Assembly: GCA_963716175.1 (NCBI GenBank)
Contig: OY970296.1
Coordinates: 1,056,001-1,120,000, forward strand
Direction of reading: 5' to 3'
Length of the DNA stretch: 64,000 nt
Origin: an uncultured Armatimonadetes bacterium
GTDB taxonomy: Bacteria > Armatimonadota > Hebobacteria > Hebobacterales > Hebobacteraceae
Of the stretch, positions 52,678-61,898 are shown piece by piece; positions within the stretch are counted from its first letter, which is position 1, and each line of letters starts with the position of its first letter. The position numbers and the translations under genes are program-made. A model generated the notes under the pieces. It did no database searches, was not told the origin of the DNA, and was given only the letters and a program-made list of their open reading frames with translations.

Positions 52678-52902
52678 TCAGACCACCGCCTCCACCGCCT
52701 TCAGCTCCGGCACCGCATTCTTGAGCACCCGCTCGATTCCCATTTGCAGGGTGAACTGCGCCATGGGACAGCCGTGGCAGGCGCCGGTCAGGCGCACTTT
52801 GGCGACCCCCTCGTCGGTGACCTCGACCAGCTCCACATCGCCGCCATCTTGCTGCAAGGCAGGCCGGATATCAGCCAGCGCCGCCTCGACTTTCTCTTTC
52901 AT
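52678..52902 (-). CDS. NifU/NfuA C-terminal domain Fe-S carrier
   Basis: IRPALQQDGGDVELV..GACHGCP. Confidence 0.93.
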   Translation of the reverse strand: MKEKVEAALADIRPALQQDGGDVELVEVTDEGVAKVRLTGACHGCPMAQFTLQMGIERVLKNAVPELKAVEAVV

Positions 52903-52987
52903 CAACCATCTCCCGTTCCCGCGGCCGCCTCCCGGCCGCCGTCCACCATCAGTTTACCCACGCCGGCGCGAATCCTGTCCCCCTGGC

Positions 52988-53866
52988 CTACTTCCCCTTG
53001 GCCGGCTCCCGCACAAACTCCCACTGCCGGTAGATGTTCTGCACCTCCGGGGTCTTCAGCAGCGCCAGCAGCGCCTTCCCGCCTTCAGGGTTCTTCGCCC
53101 CTTTGACCACCGCGCCCTCACACCAGAAGGCGGGGTACAGGTCAGATGGAATGGCGCCCACCAGCTTCAGACCCTTGGGCAGCGAAGGCGGCGCGTCCTT
53201 CACGTGCACCTCCACGGAACACGGGTAGTACGCGATCGCCGCCTCCACCTTCCCCTGGGTCGCCACTTCCTTGCTGTCTGCCGCGAACCGGGGCAGCAGG
53301 ATCTTCTTCTCGATCTGGGGCCAGATCCCGGCCTTCTGGAAGGCCTCCTTGGCGTGCAGTCCCACCGCGTTGTTCGCGGGATCGGGGAGCGCAATCTGCT
53401 TCACCGTCGGCTTGGCCAGATCGGCCATGCTGTTCACGCCGCCCGGGTTCTTCTCCGGCACCACGATCGCCAGCCCGTTCTCCGCAATCTTCTCTCGCGT
53501 GCCGTCCACCAGCAGCCCGGCCTGCTGGAGCTGGTCCATCTCCAGATCACCCATGGACAAGAAGGCATCAGGCTTGGCTTTCCCGTCCAGCACCTTCTTA
53601 GTCATGGTGACGATGTTCTCTTGCTCCCAGTCCAGTGTCACCCCTGGGTGCGCCGCCTCGAACATCTTCGCCACCTGCGAGAAGGGCCCGACTTGCCCGC
53701 ACGGCACCAGGGCATAGACCGTTCCCTTCACCGCCCCGGGTTCCCGTCCCGCCGGCTTCGTCGCCGTGGCCTGGGATGATGGCCGCTGCTGTCCGCAGCC
53801 TGCTGCCAGCCACCCAACTCCGGCTATCGCCGCCGCCAAGATCATCCACCGCTTGATCGCGTTCAC
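52988..53866 (-). CDS. modA: Molybdate/tungstate ABC substrate-binding lipoprotein (ModA-like)
   Basis: Lipobox LAAGC; PDAFLS; NGLAIVVP; IALPDP..VGLHA. Confidence 0.75.
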   Translation of the reverse strand: MNAIKRWMILAAAIAGVGWLAAGCGQQRPSSQATATKPAGREPGAVKGTVYALVPCGQVGPFSQVAKMFEAAHPGVTLDWEQENIVTMTKKVLDGKAKPDAFLSMGDLEMDQLQQAGLLVDGTREKIAENGLAIVVPEKNPGGVNSMADLAKPTVKQIALPDPANNAVGLHAKEAFQKAGIWPQIEKKILLPRFAADSKEVATQGKVEAAIAYYPCSVEVHVKDAPPSLPKGLKLVGAIPSDLYPAFWCEGAVVKGAKNPEGGKALLALLKTPEVQNIYRQWEFVREPAKGK

Positions 53867-53979
53867 CGCCTACTCCTTCGGTTCAGTGCCAGTCTCCAGC
53901 TTGGAGGTTACACCGGTATGCTAACAGACCTATGAACAAAATGCGACCTTTTTCGCATCAGCCTCGCTCGGCCGGCCTT

Positions 53980-54008
53980 GGAACTATCACTGCCGCGGCA
54001 TCGTCTAA
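53980..54008 (+). promoter_or_regulatory. ECF sigma-type promoter
   Basis: GGAACT-16-CGTCTAA upstream of the DUF4349 gene. Confidence 0.6.
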
Positions 54009-54095
54009 CCAACAGCCGGCAAGCGTAGCCTACCCCTTGTGTCCGGAGACGGGCAACCAGGGGTGGGGCCGTCATCCGGCAGAGAGGGAAGAACC

Positions 54096-55149
54096 ATGAC
54101 CGCACCCACCAGCGTCGTCCGCAGTCCCCGCGGCCGCCTCTATCTGGCGTTGGGGCTGGCCGGGCTGATCGTGCTGCTGGTAGCCTACTCGATTGGCAAT
54201 AGAGAGCAAGCCGCCAAACAAGCCAACATCGTCCCCGGGGTGGGCGTCATTGACAGCTCGGGCAACGTCGTGCGCGGGCAGTACGGGCGGGCCGCCGGCG
54301 GCATAGGCGGCGGGGGCAAGGGCATGCGCGGGGGAGGCGGAGGCCGGGCCGGCGGAGGCGGGGGGCTGGCCGGTGGCGGCTATGCTCCCGAGCCCTCCCA
54401 GGAGGCTGGGTTTGAACCCCCCGCCTCGTCACCCCCGCCCCAGCCCGCGGCCTGGCCCACCGGCCCCATGCTAATCCGCACCGCCTCCCTTCAGATTCGC
54501 GTGGAGGATGTCGGCAAGGCGCACGCCGAGGTGGTGCGCATCGCGCGGGAGGCCCACGGCTATGTCGCCGACACCACCCTCAGCGCGGAGAGCGGGCCCG
54601 CCTATGCCACCATCACTATCCGCGTCCCCAGCGAAGGCCTGGAAAGCGTGATGGATCGCATCGCGGCCCTGGGCAAGCTGCTCCAGAAGCAGATCAGCGC
54701 GCAGGAAGTGACCGAGGAGTACGTGGACCTGACCTCGCGCCGCCGCAACCTGGAGCGGGAGGAGCAGCGCCTGCTCGATCTGCTCCAGCGCGCGGGTAAG
54801 ATCCGGGAGCTGCTCGATGTGGAGTCAACCCTGGCACGGGTGCGGGGCGAGATCGAGCAGATCGCGGGCCGCATGCGCTATCTGGAGAACCGGGTCAGCC
54901 TGTCCACCATCCGCGTGCAGCTCGAAGGGCCCCAGCCTAAGGTAACGGCCGGCGGCCCGGTCTGGACCGCCTCTGATGTCACCCGGGAGGCGCTCCGCTC
55001 CCTGCTCAACACGGGCCGCGGCCTCGCCACCATGGCCATCTGGCTGGGTATCTACGCCGTCATCTCGGCTGCCGATCCTGCTCGTCCTGGTCTGGCTGGT
55101 TCGGCGGGCCACCTCCCCTCGCGCCAAAGAACCAGCAGCGGGCTCTTGA
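54096..55149 (+). CDS. DUF4349 domain protein (apparent 1-bp frameshift near 55066)
   Basis: LIRTASLQIRVEDV, TIRVPS, EVTEEYVDL; natural TM tail WLPILLVLVWLVRR is in the shifted frame and ends at TGA 55149. Confidence 0.82.
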
Positions 55150-55264
55150 CGCGCGCGGGGTCCGTGACCGCCGTCTCACGCTGTGCGTCTCTGTATCTCT
55201 GCGCCCTCGTCGGTAGTGGGTCAACCCGGATCAACTGGCCACCGCCCCAGACCCCGCCTGCTCG

Positions 55265-56461
55265 TTAGCGCACAGCCTTCGCGGGAAGAAGGTCTGCAAG
55301 GAGGCCGAGATTCGCCCTCCATCTGCCCTCGCCGGTAGGTACCACGAGGTCCGCCTTGCGCAGGACGTTGAGGTCACGCGTAACTGTCCTGTCGGTCCTC
55401 TCCCCGTACATCCTCGCCAGCTGGGGCGAGATCGCCTTTATCTCCTTGGTGGTAACGGCTCCCTTTCCGATCAGTGCCAAGGCCACGTCCCGCCGCCGCT
55501 GAGCGACTTTGCCGTGACTGTCATGGAATGTCGAGTATACGAATTGCATCCAAGTCAGATAGTTGACCTGTCCCTGAATCCATAGTAGCTGTTCCTTCAT
55601 GCCATCTACGACTCCTTGGAGTGCGTACCGCAGGAAGTCGAGCGGCCCGGAGCGACCCATCCGCCGCGCTCTATCAAGTTGCTGGTAGTACGCAGACCGC
55701 GTCTGATTATAGTGGTTGCTCAGAAGATGAGCGACCGGCCTAGATACACCGGCTCCGGCCAGGATGTGCACCTCCATCAGCCGGGCCGTACGACCATTGC
55801 CGTCCCCGAATGGGTGAATCCAGGCGACATAGAGGTGTGCAAGCACTGCCTTCAAGAGTGCCTCTGACACAGCATCCAACCCTTGAGGCCAGTCTCGGGG
55901 TGACGCCAGCCAGTCACACAACTTTTCTACCAGAAGAGTGCAGTCCTGGGCCGGCGCTCCAGAATAGCCGCCAGACCCGACAACGCCCACTTCGTGGCTT
56001 CTGATCGCGCCTGGCACAACTTCCTCCGGGAGGTCGAGGCCATCGAGCACCAGCCTGTTATACTCGCACATAATCTGCGTCGTCATGCGGGTATGTCCGT
56101 ACTGGCTCATGAGTACCGGAATCCTAGCGACCGCGCGGTGGATGTTGTCCACCTCCTGACCTAGGTACTCCCGAGACGGCGGCAGCGGCAGTTCCCCGTC
56201 CACGCGCTTTCGCACCTCTTCCTCGGTGAGCGTATTGCCCTCGATAGCGGTTGTGGCGTTTACTCCCTTGGCCAAGTACAGCTTCTCAAGTTCGCGGCGC
56301 ACTGTCGGCATCAGTGGAGTCTGGGCTATGTGTTCGCACTTGGACTGCGCCTCGCCCAGAAGCATCCAGATCATCGGGTCGGCGTCAGCGAACGCGACCT
56401 CGAAGGTGAGGAACGGATGGGAACGGGTGTACGCGCGCACATCTGACATCAACGACGACAT
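55265..56461 (-). CDS. Fic family protein with C-terminal HTH
   Basis: HPFGDGNGRTAR; N-terminal TTAIEGN inhibitory motif; TDRTVTRDL. Confidence 0.93.
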   Translation of the reverse strand: MSSLMSDVRAYTRSHPFLTFEVAFADADPMIWMLLGEAQSKCEHIAQTPLMPTVRRELEKLYLAKGVNATTAIEGNTLTEEEVRKRVDGELPLPPSREYLGQEVDNIHRAVARIPVLMSQYGHTRMTTQIMCEYNRLVLDGLDLPEEVVPGAIRSHEVGVVGSGGYSGAPAQDCTLLVEKLCDWLASPRDWPQGLDAVSEALLKAVLAHLYVAWIHPFGDGNGRTARLMEVHILAGAGVSRPVAHLLSNHYNQTRSAYYQQLDRARRMGRSGPLDFLRYALQGVVDGMKEQLLWIQGQVNYLTWMQFVYSTFHDSHGKVAQRRRDVALALIGKGAVTTKEIKAISPQLARMYGERTDRTVTRDLNVLRKADLVVPTGEGRWRANLGLLADLLPAKAVR

Positions 56462-56535
56462 GATGACACCTCCAGCACCGATCAGAAGGCGCTATAGTGG
56501 CTTCTAGTGGGCTGAAAGGCGCTTCTGTCATTTGG

Positions 56536-56564
56536 AGTATGCCATATGACGCACAATATGTCAA
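56536..56564 (-). promoter_or_regulatory. Sigma70 promoter of the fic gene with adjacent ATGTC direct repeats
   Basis: TTGACA-17-CATACT; ATATGTCA/AAATGTCA/AAATGTCG repeats at 56556-56589. Confidence 0.55.
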
Positions 56565-56697
56565 GATAAATGTCACGCGAAATGTCGCGTGCCGTAGACG
56601 AGAGGTCTGGCGAGGCGCAGGCGGGTATCCTGAACCAGATCGCTGAGCGTGTCCAGTACCGCTGTCCATCAGCAGGGACCCATCCACGGCCGATATC

Positions 56698-56906
56698 TTG
56701 ACCGCCCGCATCGGCCTACGGCGCCTCGCCCGCCTGACGAATGCCTTCTCCAAGAAGCTGGAGAACCACTTCTGTGCCGTCTCCCTGCACTTCATGTACT
56801 ACAACTTCGCCAGGGCTCACCAGACGCTGAAACCACGCCTGCCGTCGCAGCGGGTGTCACCGATGACGTCTGGTCAGTCGAGGAAATCGTCAGACTGCTG
56901 CCCTGA
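56698..56906 (+). pseudogene. IS1-family transposase C-terminal remnant (frameshifted)
   Basis: RRLARLTNAFSKKLENH..LHFMYYNFARAHQTL, then TPAVAAGVTDDVWSVEEI in another frame. Confidence 0.85.
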
Positions 56907-56937
56907 AACTGACCCACCACCCAGCTCTCTGTTTGCG

Positions 56938-56966
56938 TTGACTTCCCTCCCTCCCCGTGCTATCAT
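56938..56966 (+). promoter_or_regulatory. Sigma70-type promoter
   Basis: TTGACT-17-TATCAT with TG. Confidence 0.55.
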
Positions 56967-57059
56967 CTGGCGCTTCCAAGGGGGGTGTCATGGGGAGGCG
57001 GGTGAGGGCCTCCCGACAGGCCAAACACCCCCCGGCCGTGCCGGAAAGGAGCGCCTGCC

Positions 57060-58982
57060 GTGAGAGCTGTCCACCTGCTGCTCACCCTTGTCGTCCTGGC
57101 GTTTGGCGTCGTCCCAGCCCTCGCCGCTGCAGACAGTCCAGCTCCGACCGTCGCCATCACCTCGCCCGCGCCCGGGCTCACCATTGCCGCCGATTCCGTC
57201 TCCATCGCCGCCACCTACTCCGCGCCCGGGAAATCCCAGATCGTCCAGCTCGAGCTGCTCGTTGACGGAACCGTCGTCGAACTGCGCGATCTGGACCCGC
57301 CCCAGGCCTCCGGCTCGGCCTCCTTCGACTGGGCCGCCTCGCGCTATGCTGATGGCTATCACCGCATCGGCCTGCGCGTTACTGACAGTGAGGGCCGCGG
57401 CGCCTCCGCCGCGATTCGCGTGCTGCTTAGCCGCAGCCAGCCGCGCCTCGACTCCGCTGTCCGCGTCACCTCCCCCAAGACCGGTGACACCGTCTCCGGC
57501 ACCACCTCCATCGAGGTGGAGGCCGGGCCTCGGTCTCTGGTCAAGTACGTCATCTTCCTGGTGGACGATGTCTTCAAAGCGATGAGCAATGTCCCGCCCT
57601 TCGCCTACCTCTGGGACACCACCCGGTATCTCAACGGACTCCATCGTCTCCAGGCGAAGGTCTACCTCACCACCGGGGCCGAGCCCCTCTCACCCTCGGT
57701 CGAGGTGCGCGTGGACAACCCGGCCGGCGCCACCACCTTGCAGGCGCCGAAGGCCCTGCCCACCCCGCCGGCGGCCCCCGAGCCGGCCAAGCCGCCCGTG
57801 CGCGCCGCCGAGCCGGTGCTGCCACCACCCATGCACACGGAGAGCGCCTCCACCCCGGCCCGCACCATCGAGGTGGCCAAGGCCGAGGTGGCGACCCCAG
57901 GCACCGCGCCCTTCGTCAGCCCCACTGGAGACCTGATCATGCCGCCGGCCCCGGTGCCCACACCTGTGGGCCCCGCGGCTGCGCCAACGCCGCCGGAAGT
58001 GCCGGTTTCTCCGGCCGCCGCGCCCACGGCCGCCGCGTCGCCGCCGGTTCCGCCGACCCAGTCTCCAGTTGCGGCCGCGCCTCTGCCTGCCGCCCCTGTC
58101 GCGCCGGCCGAGCCCGTGCTAAGCGAGGCGCGCCAGGCAGAGCCTGCACCGACCGCGTTTGCTTTGCTGCCCACACCCACCTCTGAGCCGGCCGTGGCTC
58201 CGGCCCAGGCGCCCGCCGCCCCTGTCCCGGCGGCCGGCCCAGCCGAGGCCGCCCCCGCCCAGCCGCGTGAGCCCGAAGCCTCCCCCACAGTGGTTGCCCT
58301 CTTGCCCACGCCAGCCCCCGAGATCCCCGCGACTCCCGCCCGCACCATCCCAGCCGCGGCCGCGAGTCCGTCGCCCCTGATCGCGGCGGCGGCAGCGGTC
58401 CCGTCCCCATCTCCTGCTCCCGGCCTGGAGCTGGCCATGCTTCCGCCGCGCCCGGCGGAGAAGGCGCCCACTCCCGCAGTGGCGCCTGCGGTGGAGGAGC
58501 CCACCTACATCGTCCAGGCGGGCGATTGCCTCTGGGCGATCGCGGCCGACCACAAGGTGTCTCCGGTCCTGCTGGCGCAGGTCAATGACCTCGCCGATCC
58601 CAGCCTGATCCACCCGGGCCAGCGTCTCAGGATTCCCTCGACCCGCGTGTACTGTGACGGAAAGCCGCTGACGACCGACGTTACGCCGGCGATCACCCAG
58701 GGCCGCGCCATCGTGCCGCTGCGCGCCGTAGTGGAGGGAGCGGGAGGCACCGTGAACTGGCAGCCGGCCGACCGCCGGGCCCAAGCCAGCCTCGGCCCTC
58801 ATCAGCTCGCAGTCACGATCGGCAACGCGGCGGCGAAGGTGAACGGCGAGACGGTGATGATGGGAAAGCCGGCCACTCTCAGCGCCAACCGAACCCTGGT
58901 GCCACTGCGGTTCCTGGGAGACGCCCTCGACCTCGCGCTGCACTACCAGAGCGGCATCATCCGCATCGCAACCAAGCCGTAG
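57060..58982 (+). CDS. Secreted protein: two Ig-like domains, Pro/Ala linker, LysM and copper amine oxidase N-terminal (stalk) domain
   Basis: PTVAITSP; WDTT..NGLH; YIVQAGDCLWAIA..LIHPGQRLRIP; RAIVPLRAV..RTLVPLRFLGDAL. Confidence 0.88.
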   Translation: MRAVHLLLTLVVLAFGVVPALAAADSPAPTVAITSPAPGLTIAADSVSIAATYSAPGKSQIVQLELLVDGTVVELRDLDPPQASGSASFDWAASRYADGYHRIGLRVTDSEGRGASAAIRVLLSRSQPRLDSAVRVTSPKTGDTVSGTTSIEVEAGPRSLVKYVIFLVDDVFKAMSNVPPFAYLWDTTRYLNGLHRLQAKVYLTTGAEPLSPSVEVRVDNPAGATTLQAPKALPTPPAAPEPAKPPVRAAEPVLPPPMHTESASTPARTIEVAKAEVATPGTAPFVSPTGDLIMPPAPVPTPVGPAAAPTPPEVPVSPAAAPTAAASPPVPPTQSPVAAAPLPAAPVAPAEPVLSEARQAEPAPTAFALLPTPTSEPAVAPAQAPAAPVPAAGPAEAAPAQPREPEASPTVVALLPTPAPEIPATPARTIPAAAASPSPLIAAAAAVPSPSPAPGLELAMLPPRPAEKAPTPAVAPAVEEPTYIVQAGDCLWAIAADHKVSPVLLAQVNDLADPSLIHPGQRLRIPSTRVYCDGKPLTTDVTPAITQGRAIVPLRAVVEGAGGTVNWQPADRRAQASLGPHQLAVTIGNAAAKVNGETVMMGKPATLSANRTLVPLRFLGDALDLALHYQSGIIRIATKP

Positions 58983-59078
58983 GGGCAGCATTCGGTCGCC
59001 ATCGCAGCCGCGATCTCCGCGGGGGGACCTTCGCGCCTGGGCCGGGCGAGCCACCTGCAGCCGCGGGCGGAAAGCCAC

Positions 59079-60611
59079 ATGACAACACCTGCGATCGCTC
59101 TCATCCCACTCGATGATCGGCCCTGCAACCGGCTGTTTCCGCAGCAGTTGGCGGAAGTCGCCGGGGGCGAGGTGCTGCTGCCACCGCGAGAGCAGCTCGG
59201 GTGGTTCACGCGGCCCGGTGACTGCGAGGCGATCGCGGAATGGCTGCAGGCGTGCGCGGCGGAACGGGCGGTGGTAGCGCTGGACATGTGGTGCTACGGC
59301 GGCCTGGTAGCCTCCCGCACTTCGGCGGTTGAGGAAGGGCTGGCGCTGGCGAGGTTGGGGGCGCTGCGAGAGCTGCGGCGTGCCCGGCCCGAGCTGCGCC
59401 TCTTCGCCTTCAGTGTGATCATGCGGCTGGGCACGACCGTGGACTCCCCCGAGGCGCTCGCCGTTCACCAGGCTCTCTTCTCCTACTCGCAGCTGGTGGA
59501 TCGGGTGCAGCGGCTCGGCGATGAGCAGGCGCGGCCGGAGCTGGAGGCGGTGCTCGAGCAGCTCGATGGCGACATCCTGTCCCAGTACCTGGCGGTGCGG
59601 CGGCGCAATCACGGCATCAACCGCGCTGCCATCGGGCTGGTGAGCGAAGGGGTGGTTGACTATCTGGTGCTGGCGCAGGAGGACGCGGCCCCGCTGGGGA
59701 TCCACATCCCGGAGCAGCTCGCCCTGCAGGCCCAGGTGGAAGAGTTTCGGGCGCCGGACCGAGTGGCCATTCACCCGGGCGCGGACGAGGTGGGCCTGGT
59801 GCTGATGGCGCGGCACCACCTGGCCAGCGCAGGCGGCCCGCTGCGAGTGGCGGTGGATTACGCCAGCGGGGCGGGGGGCGAGGTGGTGCCTCAGTTCGAG
59901 TGTCAGCCTCTGCGGGAGACCGTGGAGAGTCAGATCCGCACGGCCGGGGCGCGGCCGGTCCCGGTGGCCGAGGCCGACGCGGTGCTGTTCGCGCACACCC
60001 CCATCCAGACCCAGAGCGATGTCGCAGAGGCTCCCCCCGTAGGCCATTCCCCGATGCTGGCGGCGCAGGCCGAAAGTGTGGTGGAGCGTACGCGAGCGGC
60101 CAGCGAGGCCGGCCTGCCGATGGGCCTGGTGGATGTGGCCTATGCCAATGGGGCGGATCCGGAGCTGATCGCGGCGCTCAGGCGGAGCGGAGGCGCGGAC
60201 CATCTCGCCGCCTTCGCCGCCTGGAACACGGCGGCCAACAGCATTGGCACCGTGGTGAGCCAGCTCTGCCTGGCGGCGGGCGAGGCGACTCCGTCAGGGC
60301 GCGAGGCGGCGGCACGGTTTCTGGCCTGCCGCCTGCTGGATGACTATGGCTATCAATCCTGCGTGCGCCAGCGCGCGGCAGAGCAGGCCGCGGCCCTGGG
60401 CGCTAGCCCGTATCGCCTGGGTGAGGCCTGCGCTCAGGTGGAAGAGTTCGTCCGGCGCGAGCTGAAGCCATTTGCCCATCACATTCACTCCGATCTGCTA
60501 GGCTCAGCGGGGTCGGCGCCACTGGAAGAGGCGGGGGTGTCGCTGCCCTGGCGCCGGGTGTTTGAGGTGGAGATAGAGCTGCCCTCCGGGGCCTCGAAGA
60601 ACCGAGCGTAG
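59079..60611 (+). CDS. DUF4127 family protein
   Basis: LIPLDDRPCN, YGGLVASR, IHPGADEV, AWNTAANSIGT. Confidence 0.88.
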   Translation: MTTPAIALIPLDDRPCNRLFPQQLAEVAGGEVLLPPREQLGWFTRPGDCEAIAEWLQACAAERAVVALDMWCYGGLVASRTSAVEEGLALARLGALRELRRARPELRLFAFSVIMRLGTTVDSPEALAVHQALFSYSQLVDRVQRLGDEQARPELEAVLEQLDGDILSQYLAVRRRNHGINRAAIGLVSEGVVDYLVLAQEDAAPLGIHIPEQLALQAQVEEFRAPDRVAIHPGADEVGLVLMARHHLASAGGPLRVAVDYASGAGGEVVPQFECQPLRETVESQIRTAGARPVPVAEADAVLFAHTPIQTQSDVAEAPPVGHSPMLAAQAESVVERTRAASEAGLPMGLVDVAYANGADPELIAALRRSGGADHLAAFAAWNTAANSIGTVVSQLCLAAGEATPSGREAAARFLACRLLDDYGYQSCVRQRAAEQAAALGASPYRLGEACAQVEEFVRRELKPFAHHIHSDLLGSAGSAPLEEAGVSLPWRRVFEVEIELPSGASKNRA

Positions 60612-60790
60612 AGGCGAGCTAGAGCCCGGTCCAGGTCCACCTTCTTGAGCAGGGCCGGATGGGGCCGGCGGGCCTGGTGCCCCTTCTGAAAGCGCCCGTA
60701 GCGGTCGTGAACTGTGACCGAGACGCGATAGCAGGCGTCGGCCAGCTCGCGGTACTTGGCCACCAGACGTGAGAGTACCTCCTCGCTCAT
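60485..60790 (-). CDS. Hypothetical protein
   Basis: ATGA-coupled to the upstream ORF, GGAGG RBS; its 3' end overlaps DUF4127. Confidence 0.5.
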   Translation of the reverse strand: MSEEVLSRLVAKYRELADACYRVSVTVHDRYGRFQKGHQARRPHPALLKKVDLDRALARLYARFFEAPEGSSISTSNTRRQGSDTPASSSGADPAEPSRSE

Positions 60791-61134
60791 TCCGCCCTCC
60801 AGGCGCCCACGACCTCAGCGGGAGAGACCGCGATGGAAGCGCGATAGGCTCCGCTCGGACCCTGGACCAGATGCGTGTGGGGCCTGAGCACGCCGTCGCG
60901 GCCGCAGTGCTCGTGCATCAGGCGATGGTAGAGATGGAACTCGTACAGCTCTACCCGCTCCTGAACCCAAGAGAGGGTGAAGGGAGCGGGCCGGTAGAGG
61001 CCGAAGCCACGTCCTTCCTCGATGGCCTCCCAGCACTGCCCCCCATAGGGCAGGCAGCGCTGAGCGCGGCAGACCGCGGCGAGCAGAGTGCGGAAGGTGG
61101 CTTCGTGGAAGACCGGCACCCGCACGATTCTCAC
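60787..61134 (-). CDS. Hypothetical protein
   Basis: GGAGG RBS before GTG 61134; ~115 aa. Confidence 0.55.
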   Translation of the reverse strand: MRIVRVPVFHEATFRTLLAAVCRAQRCLPYGGQCWEAIEEGRGFGLYRPAPFTLSWVQERVELYEFHLYHRLMHEHCGRDGVLRPHTHLVQGPSGAYRASIAVSPAEVVGAWRAE

Positions 61135-61255
61135 TCCTGCCTCCAGTCCGCTGGAGACGCAGCGCCTTGCCTCCAGAATGTTACTGTTCTGCGCAAGCCG
61201 ACTAGTATACTGAAAGTCTCTCAAAGTCATGCGGCAAGAAGCTGTCGCTACATCT

Positions 61256-61284
61256 TATATACCAGAATATGTATCTCACGTCAA
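61256..61284 (-). promoter_or_regulatory. Leftward sigma70 promoter in an AT-rich divergent region
   Basis: TTGACG-17-TATATA with TG; AGAATAT direct repeats overlap it. Confidence 0.5.
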
Positions 61285-61430
61285 GAATATACGCCAAAAA
61301 TTTGTGAAATGTGCGCTCCCAGAAGCAAAGGCAGTCGAGGATTGCCGAAGAAGAAGTCTTAGGATGTGGCATGTTTCTCCTAGATGGGCTTGTGCGTATC
61401 GCGACCAGAGATACGGGAGGGGAAGCAACC

Positions 61431-61829
61431 ATGATGGAAGTGAACGTCGGCAGGCGGATTCGAGAGGCACGAGAGGCACTTGGCTTGAGCCAGCAGGAGC
61501 TGGCAGAGCGCGTGGGAGTCAGCCAGCGAGCGATCTCCTATGGGGAGAAACAGGTGTGGGTGAAGCAGTCCACACTGGAGAAGTACGGGAGGGCGCTGGG
61601 ACGGCCGCTCTCCTACTTCCTTCGGCCCTACGATGCCGAGGGTGGAAGCGACACGGGCCTGAGCAGGCACGAGGCGATCCAGCAGGCGTTCGCGGTGGTA
61701 TGCCGCGATCCGGAGTTGGGATTCGGCGCGCGCCCCCATGAGCAGCTCTCCCTGGAGACGAAGAAGGACATCGTGAGGCTCTATGAGCGCTACAAGGGGA
61801 TAAGCCTGCTGCCGCCCGAGGTGGGGTGA
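61431..61829 (+). CDS. XRE family HTH transcriptional regulator
   Basis: GRRIREAREALGLSQQELAERVGVSQRAISYGE. Confidence 0.92.
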   Translation: MMEVNVGRRIREAREALGLSQQELAERVGVSQRAISYGEKQVWVKQSTLEKYGRALGRPLSYFLRPYDAEGGSDTGLSRHEAIQQAFAVVCRDPELGFGARPHEQLSLETKKDIVRLYERYKGISLLPPEVG

Positions 61830-61898
61830 GCAGGGCTTCCCAAGCCCCGTAGGGGAGGCCCTCAGCGGGCCCCCGACCTCTCATGAAAGGAGCCACTC

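Larger units (their letters stand above)
55212..56921 (+). mobile_element. Degenerate IS1-family (ISMhu11-like) element carrying a Fic passenger gene
   Basis: Ends GGTAGTGGGTCA and TGACCCACCACC (11/12 IR); transposase remnant inside the right end; no TSD seen. Confidence 0.65.

Noticed and set aside
53870-54060. Moco/Wco riboswitch upstream of modA
   Set aside because: No recognisable aptamer; the region is explained by divergent promoters.
56538-56566. dif-like XerCD site (ATATGTCAAG)
   Set aside because: Poor XerC arm; it coincides with the -35 element of the fic promoter.
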